Shown in pieces: positions 1-15,744 of a DNA stretch of 64,000 bases. The translations under genes were made by a program, and so were the position numbers. The first letter of the stretch is position 1, and the number at the start of each line of letters is the position of its first letter. The stretch lies in assembly GCF_009914755.1 (NCBI RefSeq), contig NC_060926.1; one strand, 5' to 3'. The notes beneath the pieces are model-generated. The model did not search any database. It worked only from the letters and a program-made list of their open reading frames with translations, and was not told the origin of the DNA. The DNA is from the human T2T-CHM13v2.0 reference genome, Homo sapiens.

Positions 1-330
<330 letters not shown>

Positions 331-1050
331 GTCCTCAGGCCTCTATTTTCATGTCAGTATTTTATAAAAGGTGTATGCCTTTTATACGATTAATTATTAT
401 AATTACAATGGATGCATACTTTTGATTTTTTTCATTTAAAGTGAAAGGAATTTGTGATTTCATAATTACCATTTTGATGGCTGTATAATGTTCCTTCAAT
501 GACATTTTAGAGGTCTGTAAGTGGATACAGCTGATTCTAGAATAACTAAAGGAAGAAAAGAAACCACTACAGGACAATAAACTTTTTCATAAAACCCATC
601 TTCTTTTACCACAGCAGGATCATTGTAGAGTTAAGCAAGCACAGGAGCAAATGAGCCTATCAATAATTTTGTCTTTTGAAGTTTAAATACAGACAAACCA
701 ATTCCAATATGTTGCTTTTTGTCTACAATTTTATGTAGTCACGTTTCAACCTCGGAGAGAAAATGAGAAAATTTGAATTATATCCTAAGAAGAGCAGGGT
801 TAAACTAGAGGGAGATACGTTTATTTTGTTGATCCTTGAAATACAAGGACTCTCTTTGTAGATAAACCAGCAAACTAAAAACCAATACATCACCTTGATG
901 CACATTGTTTTCTTTGAATCTTCAACAATAGATAATGAAGTCAAGAGTAAATGATGCTTTTATTCATTGCCATTAAATCTTAAAAACAGACTGAAGAGCT
1001 CTAAGTTATCGAAGCAAGTTTTTCTCTTCTTTTTTAGCATTCTTTAATAA

Positions 1051-1348
<298 letters not shown>

Positions 1349-1877
1349 AAATTTCATGGTTTCAAAGCTTTGATTTACAAGTCATCACAAATATCCTTTA
1401 GTACAAAGGGTGCTGAAGTGGTTAATTACCTGCTTTAATTGAAGTGCTCTCATTTGTTTAAAGTTAAGCCCTACACTGATGAGTGAGGTAAGCTATCAAA
1501 TAAGATGAAAACAAATTTCCTGGAACTGTAGGTTTGAGTTTCTGTAGGAAACATAACTAGAAGCAAAAGGCGAAATGGCTCCATCAGATCTCATGACTGA
1601 GCCAAGGACATTTTTTTAAGCTCTTTGATCTAGTGAAATCAGTTGATTTAATGAAATCTAATAAGATCTGCTGAAATCAGTTCTTCAGCTCAGGCAAGCT
1701 AAAAGCCTCTTGCCACCAACAAAGATGTCTCTAGTTTGGTGATATCCAAATCAATTGATCAGGAAGCTAAGGACACCAGGGCTGCAGGACTTCCTTTGGA
1801 TTAATTCAGTAAATATGTATTGAGGTCCTACTTTGTGCAAGACAAAATACCACATACCACATACAGCCTCCATGAGT

Positions 1878-2137
1878 TATTTATTTCAGAGTCTGGCTCT
1901 GTCGTCCAGGCTGCAGTGCAGTGGCGAGATCTCCGTTCACTGCAGCCTCTGACTTCCGGGTTTCAAGCTATTCTCTTGCCTCAGCCTCCTGAGTAGCTGG
2001 GATTATAGGCATGTGCCATCATGCCTGGCTAATTTTGTATTTTTAGTAGAGACAGGGTTTCGCCATGTTGGCCAGGCTGATCTCGAACACCTGACCTCAA
2101 GTGATCTGCCTTGGCCTCCCAAAGTGCTGGGATTACA
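1878..2137 (-). mobile_element. AluS
   Basis: Alu consensus. Confidence 0.9.
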
Positions 2138-2469
2138 TCCTTATTTAAAGGCATATCTTGTCTATCCATGCTTTTCAGACCAGACTTGGCTCTTTGCATG
2201 GATCCTGCTGGCAGTTTCCTGTATGTTCCTATCCAGTGAGAAGCTGTTTTTGGCCTCACACCAGGCTGTAGGGGCCAGATAGTGACGTCAGATCTATCCA
2301 GAGCACCAGCCAACTTAAGGCAGGTTCCTGGGCTAAGGGGCTGGGGCTTTCTCTGTGGAGGGGGAGAGAGGAGGAGAAAGGGGAATGGATGGTAAGGAGA
2401 GATGTGGGTCTCTGAATCACATGGAGACTCTGGAAGTGCTGACCATCTTCTACACACCACATTCTCATA

Positions 2470-2600
2470 TCATCCTTGGTTCATAATCATAACAACAGTA
2501 TGAAGCACATGGTACTGTTTAACTGCATTTTACAGATAAGGAGACTGGCTAGTGATCCACTCAAGGTCACAGAGTAAGTGGTGGTCATGGGATTTTAATT
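2470..2600. mobile_element. MIR
   Basis: CATTTTACAGATAAGGAGACTG…CAAGGTCACAGAGTAAGTGG core. Confidence 0.65.
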
Positions 2601-2612
2601 TCCTCTCTAGGT

Positions 2613-2929
<317 letters not shown>

Positions 2930-2952
2930 TAGGTCTTTAAAAGCCTTCCACC

Positions 2953-3245
2953 TCACGCCTGTAATTCCAGCATTTTTGGAGGCCGAGGTGGGCGGATCAT
3001 GAGATCAAGAGATCAAGACCACCCTGGCCAACATGGTGAAACCGCCTCTTTACTAAAAACAGAAAAATTACGGGGCGTGGCGGCACGCGCCTGTAATCCC
3101 AGCTACTTGGGAGGCGGAGGCAGGAGAATTGCTTGAACGCGGGAGGCGGAGGTTGCACTGAGCCGAGATTCGAGCCAGTGCACTCCGCCACTGCACTCCA
3201 GCCTAGGTGACAGAGAGAGACTTCTTCTCAAAAAAAAAAAAAAAA
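2953..3245 (+). mobile_element. AluSc-like, slightly 5'-truncated
   Basis: Alu consensus; TSD AAAA(G)GCCTTCCACC. Confidence 0.92.
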
Positions 3246-4114
3246 GGCCTTCCACCACCGCGCAAAGGGACCCAGTAGGATTTCAGGTCCAGAGTGAATC
3301 ATACTATGCCCTCCACTCCCACATTTTTACACGACGAAATCTGTCTAGCATGTACAACTAATAAAAATAGTAGAGGGAAAAGAGGTCATGGATAGGCAAT
3401 TTATAGCCAGACAGGTGGGAGTGTAGGTTTTGGCTCCACCATTTTTTATTTTCTTGATGAGGAGCCCTTTAGGTCATTTTAGAAATAGTGTCACTGCCTG
3501 CCTTCCCGAGTCTTTGCCACACCAAAGACTTGTTTCCTCCGCTAGACAAAAATATGGATGGCTGTCCCAGTTCTGTCTCAAACAATGATCGTGTAGAATC
3601 AAATAAGGCCCTCTGTAAACTATAGCACTTTACAAACTGGTAAGGTAGCAGCCATCCTTCCAAGGTATCAGGGAACAGCGAAGCAGCTGATTAAAATAGT
3701 CTTGATTACTTGAGATACAGGAGGGTAGGAATAACATGTGGTAACTGAACTCTATAGATACTATCTAAAATCGCATTCTAACAGGCAAGTTTAATCTTTC
3801 TGAGATTTGCCTCTTTGTAGAGCTCTAAAAAATAAAAGGAGAGGGGCGTAAAATGCCAGTAAGATTAGTTAAATTTCTTCTCCTTTTGAGCCCTGCCCAT
3901 AGGTAGATGGAATTAGGGCAGAACAAAAACATTAAGAATAAAAGCCCGAACGAGATGCGCGTACAGGTGAACACAAGTGAACACTGGGGTAAGGAAATGA
4001 GTTATGCGGAAAAGGCTTCAGACCATCCCTGGGAACTGCTCCGGGTCTGGACATTTCCTTTGGCAACCTTCCAGAGTCTGAGTCCCCAGGGCTCCCCCCG
4101 GCGGGAAAGGAAAG

Positions 4115-4385
4115 GCGCGCGTGGCTAGGCGCGCGCGTACACGGGCACTCACGTGTACACACACACGCGCGCACACTACACATACACACAGGGCCCATTT
4201 CCTCCGCTCCCTCCCCGCGGGGGGCGGGTCTCTTTCTCTTTAAAGAGCAGACGGTCTCCGCGCACACCCAGGCTCTCAAGGCCTCGGGGGCCCGGGACCC
4301 GAGCTGCTCGTAGCCAATGGGAGCAGTGGAGCGGCTCGAGCGCGGCTGACGCTGCACCAATGGGCGATCGTGGGGGGCGGGGGCA
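4115..4385 (+). promoter_or_regulatory. TATA-less core promoter: GCGC/NRF1-like tract, E-box, two GC boxes, two CCAAT boxes, half-CRE
   Basis: CACGTG 4150-4155; GGGGCGGG 4221-4228 and about 4374-4382; AGCCAATGGG (CCAAT 4314-4318); CACCAATGGG (CCAAT 4357-4361); TGACG 4347-4351. Confidence 0.75.
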
Positions 4386-4600
4386 GCAGAGGAGACACTA
4401 TTGTTGATGAGGAGCGGCGGCGGCGGCGGCTGCACCACCTCGTTGCTGCCTGCCCCGGCCCGGTCTCCCCCTGCACCCCGGAGTCCGGCTTCGTCACCCC
4501 GTCTTGGGGGGCCTGCCCTCCGGCCTCGAGAATCCTCCCCCTGCAGCCCAACAACAACAAAACCCCCCGTCTCGCCCAGTCACCGGGGAGGGGGGGGACC
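4380..4600 (+). other. FAM117B: FAM117B 5'UTR (start approximate)
   Basis: GC-rich stretch between the CCAAT/GC boxes and the ATG. The TSS cannot be read directly from sequence. Confidence 0.6.
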
Positions 4601-4616
4601 ATGTCCCAGCGGGTGA
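4407..4616 (+). other. Overlapping upstream ORF, 69 aa, out of frame with FAM117B
   Basis: ATG 4407 in weak context (TTG-ATG-A), open to TGA 4614-4616. Translation is unproven. Confidence 0.5.
4415..4429 (+). repeat. (CGG)5 in 5'UTR
   Basis: Read directly. Confidence 0.9.
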
Positions 4617-5201
4617 GGCGCAATGGGTCCCCCACGCCGGCCGGCTCCCTTGGGGGTGGTGCGGTGGCCACGGCCGGGGGACCCGGGAGCCGCTTGCAGC
4701 CCATGAGGGCGACGGTTCCGTTCCAGCTGAAGCAGCAGCAGCAGCAGCAACATGGCAGCCCCACGCGGAGCGGCGGCGGCGGCGGCGGCAACAACAACGG
4801 TGGCTGCTGTGGTGGCGCCTCAGGCCCCGCAGGCGGCGGCGGCGGCGGTGGCCCGCGCACCGCCTCGCGCAGCACCAGCCCCACGCGCGGCGGCGGGAAC
4901 GCGGCCGCGCGCACCAGCCCCACGGTGGCCACGCAGACGGGCGCGTCCGCGACGTCCACGCGAGGCACCAGCCCCACGCGCAGCGCCGCGCCTGGAGCTC
5001 GCGGGAGCCCCCCACGGCCGCCGCCGCCGCCGCCGCTGCTGGGCACCGTGTCGTCGCCCAGCTCGTCGCCCACCCACCTGTGGACCGGCGAGGTGAGCGC
5101 GGCCCCACCCCCAGCCCGCGTCCGGCATCGGAGGAGGTCTCCGGAGCAGAGCCGAAGCTCGCCGGAGAAGAGGAGCCCCAGCGCCCCGGTTTGCAAAGCA
5201 G
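4601..5201 (+). CDS. FAM117B: FAM117B coding exon 1 (aa 1-200, phase-1 donor)
   Basis: GGGACC-ATG with A at -3. Translates MSQRVRRNGSPTPAGSLGGG...RLQPMRATVPFQLKQQQQQQ...SPSAPVCKA, recognised as the FAM117B N-terminus (FAM117/GLCCI1 family motif). Ends at consensus donor CAG|GTAAGT. Confidence 0.95.
4733..4850 (+). repeat. Coding trinucleotide runs: (CAG)5CAA, (GGC)6, (AAC)3, second GGC run
   Basis: Read directly; encode Q6, G6, N3, G7. Confidence 0.9.
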
Positions 5202-6321
5202 GTAAGTGCTGGGGGTCGCGCAGCAAGGGGGAGGCGGCTGCGGGAAGGGGTCCCGGGCGCGCGCTGCAATCGCGCGGGGACTGCAGAGCTGCCGCGGAGC
5301 CCGGGTGGCTGGGGGCGGGGCTGGGGGCGGTGCCGGGCGGTGGGGACCCGGCAGTGCGGCCCCGCCTTTCCCGGGCCTACCCTACGCCCCGCCCGCCCGC
5401 CCGCCTCATTCACCCCTCTGCCCGCCCCGCACGGCTCCCTGGTGGTGGAGGTGCAGCGGCTAAACCTTGGGCTTGAGCTGATGAGTGTTAATGATAAACC
5501 TGGCTTCCTGGCCTTACTCCTGGAGGAGTCGTTACTGCTTACCCTCCCTTGAGGGTGAGGCTAGGAGTGGTTTGTCACTTTGTTTTAGGGACAAGGTTAA
5601 TGTTGGCATAGCCCATATCTGCTGCTGCTAAGTATTTCTGTTCACAAAACAGTTTCAGATCTGGGGTACTGAATGCATTAGCAGTGGCAGATTTGGATCA
5701 CTGAACAGAGGAGGCTGAGAACCGTGTTTTAGCATTTCCTAAGACTTGATAAATGGGTAGCAAGAAGTGAAAATTAAACAAGATTCCTTAGGAAGGTTTA
5801 TGGGTTTTGTCTGAGGCTCTGGGTGTATTTCTGATTTTGTGTACTGATTCTGTGTTTTGAATGTAGAAAAACAGAATCCAGTGTTTTGTCTCCATCTTGT
5901 TATTGTTTTAGGGAGCTAACATTCGTTGTTTTTCTGTTTACCTGGAAGCTTTCTTGGGGAAGGTCCTGAATGGAGCTGTTGGGTGCCAATGGAGTCATTC
6001 ATAAAGAGTAACTCAAAAGAGAAATTCAAATTGTGGGAAGTGGAAAGGAATAAAATTTATAATCTTGTTGCCTTAAGGAAAGAAATGGGTGGTTTTTACT
6101 TACGTATTCATTTTTGTCAACATATATCTTTGTCTTTCCTTGTCTGGGGAACTTCTGTTAGAATTTTCCAGGCAGAATGGTTGGGAATTTCAGGAAACAA
6201 ATTCAGATGAAATAGTTTCCGAAATGGAAGGAATAGGATGACTCTTTCTTACTATTTATTTTATGAAAGTTTTAGATAATACTTATTTAGAGAGAATTGC
6301 CCTGGAAAATGATGAATAGTA

Positions 6322-6608
<287 letters not shown>

Positions 6609-6615
6609 CGAATAG

Positions 6616-6963
<348 letters not shown>

Positions 6964-7049
6964 TAAACCTTTTGAGAATGCAGAATGCTTTTCTAAAACT
7001 GTGATAAAAGTACTAGATTTCCCCTCCCTGCTTCATAACCTCTGTCACC

Positions 7050-7195
7050 TACTGAACTCTTACTATTTGGCAGGTGGTTTTTATGCAAAATCTCATTTAA
7101 CCCTCACTATAGCTTTTAGAGAGGTTAAGTAACAAGTGGCAGAGTTGGTATTTATTTGAACTTTGGTCAGTTGTACTCCAAAGACCATGTCTTTA
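7050..7195. mobile_element. MIR
   Basis: ATCTCATTTAACCCTCAC…AGAGGTTAAGTAAC…CTCCAAAGACCATG. Confidence 0.55.
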
Positions 7196-7276
7196 TATTA
7201 TATCAAGGAAGTGACATCATGATGTGTAAGATAGAATGTGGGAAATATATAGCACACCAAAATTACATGTACTTAG

Positions 7277-7587
<311 letters not shown>

Positions 7588-9009
7588 ACTAGTTAAGTAA
7601 CTCTTACAGATATGAACAAAACTGCTTCAGTCCTTCAGCCTTCTGGAGCCAGCATAGTGCATCAGGTGGAAGGGAAGGAGCTGGCTTATAAGTGGGCAGT
7701 AGAGGTGGCAGAAGGAGGCACAGCCTGTAGTCTGATAACAGAATCTGGCTCTCTTAACAACTGTTTGACACTCAGAGAAACACCCTGAGGAGAACTGGGT
7801 TGAATTAAGTATTGGCAAGGTGTGGAGGAAGGTACTCTTTTTCTCTGATCTCTAGGAGGGCTCTATTTCCTGGGATGTCAGGCTACTCCCATGTCCTCTC
7901 TTCATGGTTTTTGAACGCTCCCCTTCCCTAGATCATCCCGTAGAGTATTTGCTGTAAAATTATCCCCATTTGCTCCCCTATCAAAATAAATAAATAAATA
8001 AATAAATCCAGAAAAATAAAAACTCTTATTTCTCAAAGTGTAGTCTGTGGTTTATCTGTATCAGAATTAGGGTGTGTGGTATAATAAAAAATAATTTGGC
8101 CAGGCGCGGTGGCTCACAGGGGTAATCCCAGCACTTTGGGAGGCCGAGGCGGTGGATCACCTGAGGTCAGGTTTAATACCTGTGTTCCGCCAACTAGAAA
8201 AATAAAAACTCTTATTTTTCTAGTGCAGCACTTTCACTTGGGTGTGAGAAATATTGTCTGTTATTAAGTCATACTCTAGTTTGAATGTCTCATAGTTTCA
8301 TTCCCAGGAATTGTTGTTTCACTCTAGTAAATATCCATGCAGAGTAGAACAAAGTGTTTTCAGATTTCAGGTGTTCATAACACACACAAAACTACGATGA
8401 AATCATTTGCTGTTTTTATCTGACTAAATCTGGAAGGAAAGTCTTTGTAAACGTCAGAGTCCCTTTTTCATTAAAGGGAGGCTACCACCAGTTTGCAGCT
8501 GTGATGAATGTAAAAATCCCTACCGTAAAGGGTAAGGGTCTACCCCATATAATTCTATAAACCTCATAGGACTCAAATTTCAGGGTCCATCTAGATCAGG
8601 CTGTTGACTTCTAGGTGTCTTATCAGATGAACTGGATGCTGTAACCTTTGTTAGGGATCCGGTATCTCAGAGTCCCTAAGTTGAAGGTATCAAGATCCCT
8701 ATCCAGTTGCTTTATTCTTCTAGGGTTAGAGCTAATTGGCTGGTGTAGAACTTCCTACTCTTGACTACTATAAAGTAATCCAAGCACCCATCCCTGACAG
8801 ATATTTTAAACTTCCCACCTTCAGTGACTGTCATCTCCATAGCAAAGCCGTTTGTCATTAGGAACTGAGGTATGTTTAGAAAAGGTACCTAGGCAACAGT
8901 GTTAACCAGAAAGTTTATTTTTGTGCCTTCTCTCCTTTTACCCAACTTCATTTTACTTATTAAAATGTCAAATAGATTACAAATGGAGAGATGGTATAAC
9001 ATCGAGGTG

Positions 9010-9190
9010 AGGAGGATATACTTTGGGTAGACAGTTTGAGTTTAATACCTGTGTTCTGCCAACTAGAAGCCATGTGATATGGAAAGTTATTTTTCTTATC
9101 TGTGAAATGGGTGGTGAAATCTACTTCATATGATAGTAGGGATTAAATAAGGGAAAACTGAAAAACAGCACAGTACCTCAGTATAAAAGT
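9010..9190. mobile_element. MIR
   Basis: TTTTCTTATCTGTGAAATGGG…GGGATTAAATAAG. Confidence 0.6.
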
Positions 9191-9319
9191 TAGCTGTTGT
9201 GTATCATATTAGTTTTGCTTCTAGTTTTAGTGTATTTAACATAAATTACCAGTGTAGGTTCAGTTTTCATGGTTGTATGAAGTTTCAAATTGGTGATAAC
9301 ATTGCCTGTGAACATCCAG

Positions 9320-9803
<484 letters not shown>

Positions 9804-9982
9804 TTAAGTTGTGTATAAATTCGTTTGTTTATTGGAGTTGGGGAGTGCCAAGGGCAGCAAAAAGTGATAACTTCTTTGGACTAATAGGCAGAATCAAGAA
9901 GCAAGATAACCAGAACTTATATTTGTGTCATCTTTGATGTCTACTTTCTAGTACCTTATGAAATATGTCTCTAAGAATTTAG

Positions 9983-10328
<346 letters not shown>

Positions 10329-10844
10329 AAAGGGAATTCTTTTGGTTTGTGATGTCTATATTTTGCAATGAAGATGAGACAAAGTAGAAACTATTAGTTT
10401 TATGTCTTGGCTAGTAGAATTTACATTTAATTAAGTTAAATTCTGTAAGCTTTGATTGAACTACTCTGTGTTATTAACAGTGTAATACAAAGATGTAAAA
10501 CACACAAGGAATTCCAGAGACTCACAAACTAGCCATGTAAGACAGATACATAAGCATATAATGTGATGAGTTTTCTGGCTTAGAGAGTGAATAATTCCAC
10601 AGGGGATGGGTATAGAGGTTCCCTCAGAGGAGATGAATTTTGAATTGGATTACAAAGGGAAGAACAGAACTTTGCAGTTGGATCTTAGAGGTGTGAAAAT
10701 AAGCCTATCATATTCAGTTCTTTGTGGCTTGAAATGTAGGGTAATAGGGTGTTGGGATGGGGAGAGCGGAAATAGTAGAGAAAGAAGGGAGAGACGTAAG
10801 TTTTCAGAATGACTTTGAATAGAATATATACATTAGAAAGTATT

Positions 10845-11000
10845 CCATGGTTAATAGTATGTACTCTGGAGCCAGACTGTCAGGGTTCAGACCCTGGAGT
10901 TGCCATTTACTTGCTAGCAGTTTAACTTTAGGCAAGTTCACTTTACTTGTAAAAAGGGGATACTAATGATACTTACCGTAGATAATTGTTTCAAGGAATA
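10845..11000. mobile_element. MIR
   Basis: CTCTGGAGCCAGACTG…GGGTTCAGACCCTGG…GGCAAGTT. Confidence 0.65.
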
Positions 11001-11048
11001 AAATCTTTGTAATCTGTGTGTGGGGTATAGGAATCTCAATATTAGATA

Positions 11049-11668
<620 letters not shown>

Positions 11669-11760
11669 AGATATTTTCACATCATTGTCTTCCTTCTCAT
11701 CCAAGGCTTTAGGCACTCACAGTTATTATTACTAGTATTTATATTCTTAGAATAAATAGA

Positions 11761-11785
11761 ATATATATATATATATATATATATA
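11761..11785. repeat. (AT)n microsatellite
   Basis: Read directly. Confidence 0.9.
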
Positions 11786-11789
11786 AAAT

Positions 11790-12830
11790 GAGTAGAGTGT
11801 GACTTGAGATAGGAGAAACTCACAAAGGCATTGATCACCTGAATTTTGGGGGAATGGCAGTGGGAATGGCAAGAGTAAAAAAGATTGAAAAGACTGATTT
11901 GGCAAACTGTTGGATGTAGGGATTGAGAAACGGGGAGTTGAGGGTGATAGTTTGGATGGTGGTTCTAATTGATAACAGTGAGGAGAACAGATTTGGGAAA
12001 AGAAAATGAACTCAGTTGTGGATGTATTTGGTTTGTGCTCTCAGGAACTTCAGATAATTTTCTAGATTGTGGCAAATAACATTTTAAAACTCAGGGATAC
12101 ACTTTGAACTTGGGGGTAAAAATTAGGACTCATTTATTGCAGTTCAGTAAACATTCATTTAACATGTACATCATGCTAGGCATTTACATGTGGGCAACAC
12201 TCGAAATGACTAATCACTAGGGTGGATAAAATGATAGGGAAAATGCTGAAGATAGAACTCTGGGAGGAAACAAGCATTTTTAAGGGTAGAAAGAAAAGCC
12301 AGTGAAGAAACCTGTGAAATGTGGTAGGAGGAGAAATGGTAGAATAGTGTTGAGAAAGCTGAAAAGAAAGATTGTATTTCAAGGAGAGATAGGAAAGATT
12401 TTCAAATGTCGTGAAGTAGGCTGAGCCTGGAGAATAGGCCTTTGAATCTGGCATGTAGATTAGTCAATGATCTGTGAGAGAAAGTAGTTTGAGAAGCATG
12501 TTGGGGGCACAAATCAAAGTGGAGGATGAGGAAGTAGAGGTAATGAGTATAAAGTACTTTAATGTGGACGGAAGGAAAGTGAAAAAACTGGGTGAAGGGT
12601 GTGCTTAAGCTTCAGTTATTTACAGGATGTGGAAAACTTCAGCTTGTTTATAGCTTTTAGGGAAAGGATTTATAGAATGAAAGATTGTAAATTCAAGAGA
12701 AGATGGTAAATGTAGATGGAGCAAGGTTATGGAAAATGCGAGAGGCATGGGATCCAGTACATGGTAGAGTCTGGAAATCTCAGAAACAAGGACATTTTTT
12801 TCTCTGAGGAGGGGAAGAGGTAAGGGCGTA
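11790..12830 (-). mobile_element. L2 fragments
   Basis: Purine-rich degraded L2-type sequence; 3'-end motif at about 12145-12185. Confidence 0.5.
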
Positions 12831-12939
12831 GGTTAAGATGATAGGTAAATCAGCAGTAGAAGGGAAGGAAGTTGAGAAAGTAAGCTACTTCCTTTTCCAA
12901 ACTACTTGAAGGCAAAAATAGCATGCTTGTCTTTATACT

Positions 12940-14545
<1,606 letters not shown>

Positions 14546-14559
14546 AAAATTTCAAAATA

Positions 14560-15323
<764 letters not shown>

Positions 15324-15432
15324 ATCAGATTTATTTTTATCTTGTATTCGTTTTATTGATTTTTACATTTTGGCCATTATACTTCAGTTCTTCAAGAGCA
15401 CTTGCCTTGCTGTTTGTTCTTTGTCCTGTTAA

Positions 15433-15744
<312 letters not shown>

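Larger units (their letters stand above)
4090..5460. promoter_or_regulatory. CpG island spanning promoter, exon 1 and start of intron 1
   Basis: Very high GC and CpG density compared with the CpG-poor flanks. Confidence 0.95.

Noticed and set aside
560-1010. Processed pseudogene or NUMT in unique upstream sequence
   Set aside because: No recognisable translation, poly(A) tail with TSD, or mitochondrial similarity.
1634-1682. Three TGAAATC repeats
   Set aside because: Too short and irregularly spaced to distinguish from chance in AT-rich DNA.
5078-5095. LWTGEV as a KEAP1 ETGE motif
   Set aside because: It lacks the essential first Glu, so it cannot be supported.
3932-5413. Long antisense and alternate-frame ORFs (316, 233, 204, 197, 168 aa)
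   Set aside because: These are shadows of a stop-poor GC-rich exon, low in complexity and with no recognisable family.
4370-5476. 368-aa ORF as a single-exon protein
   Set aside because: It starts at a non-ATG codon and reads through a consensus donor at 5202. Only 4601-5201 is supported as coding.
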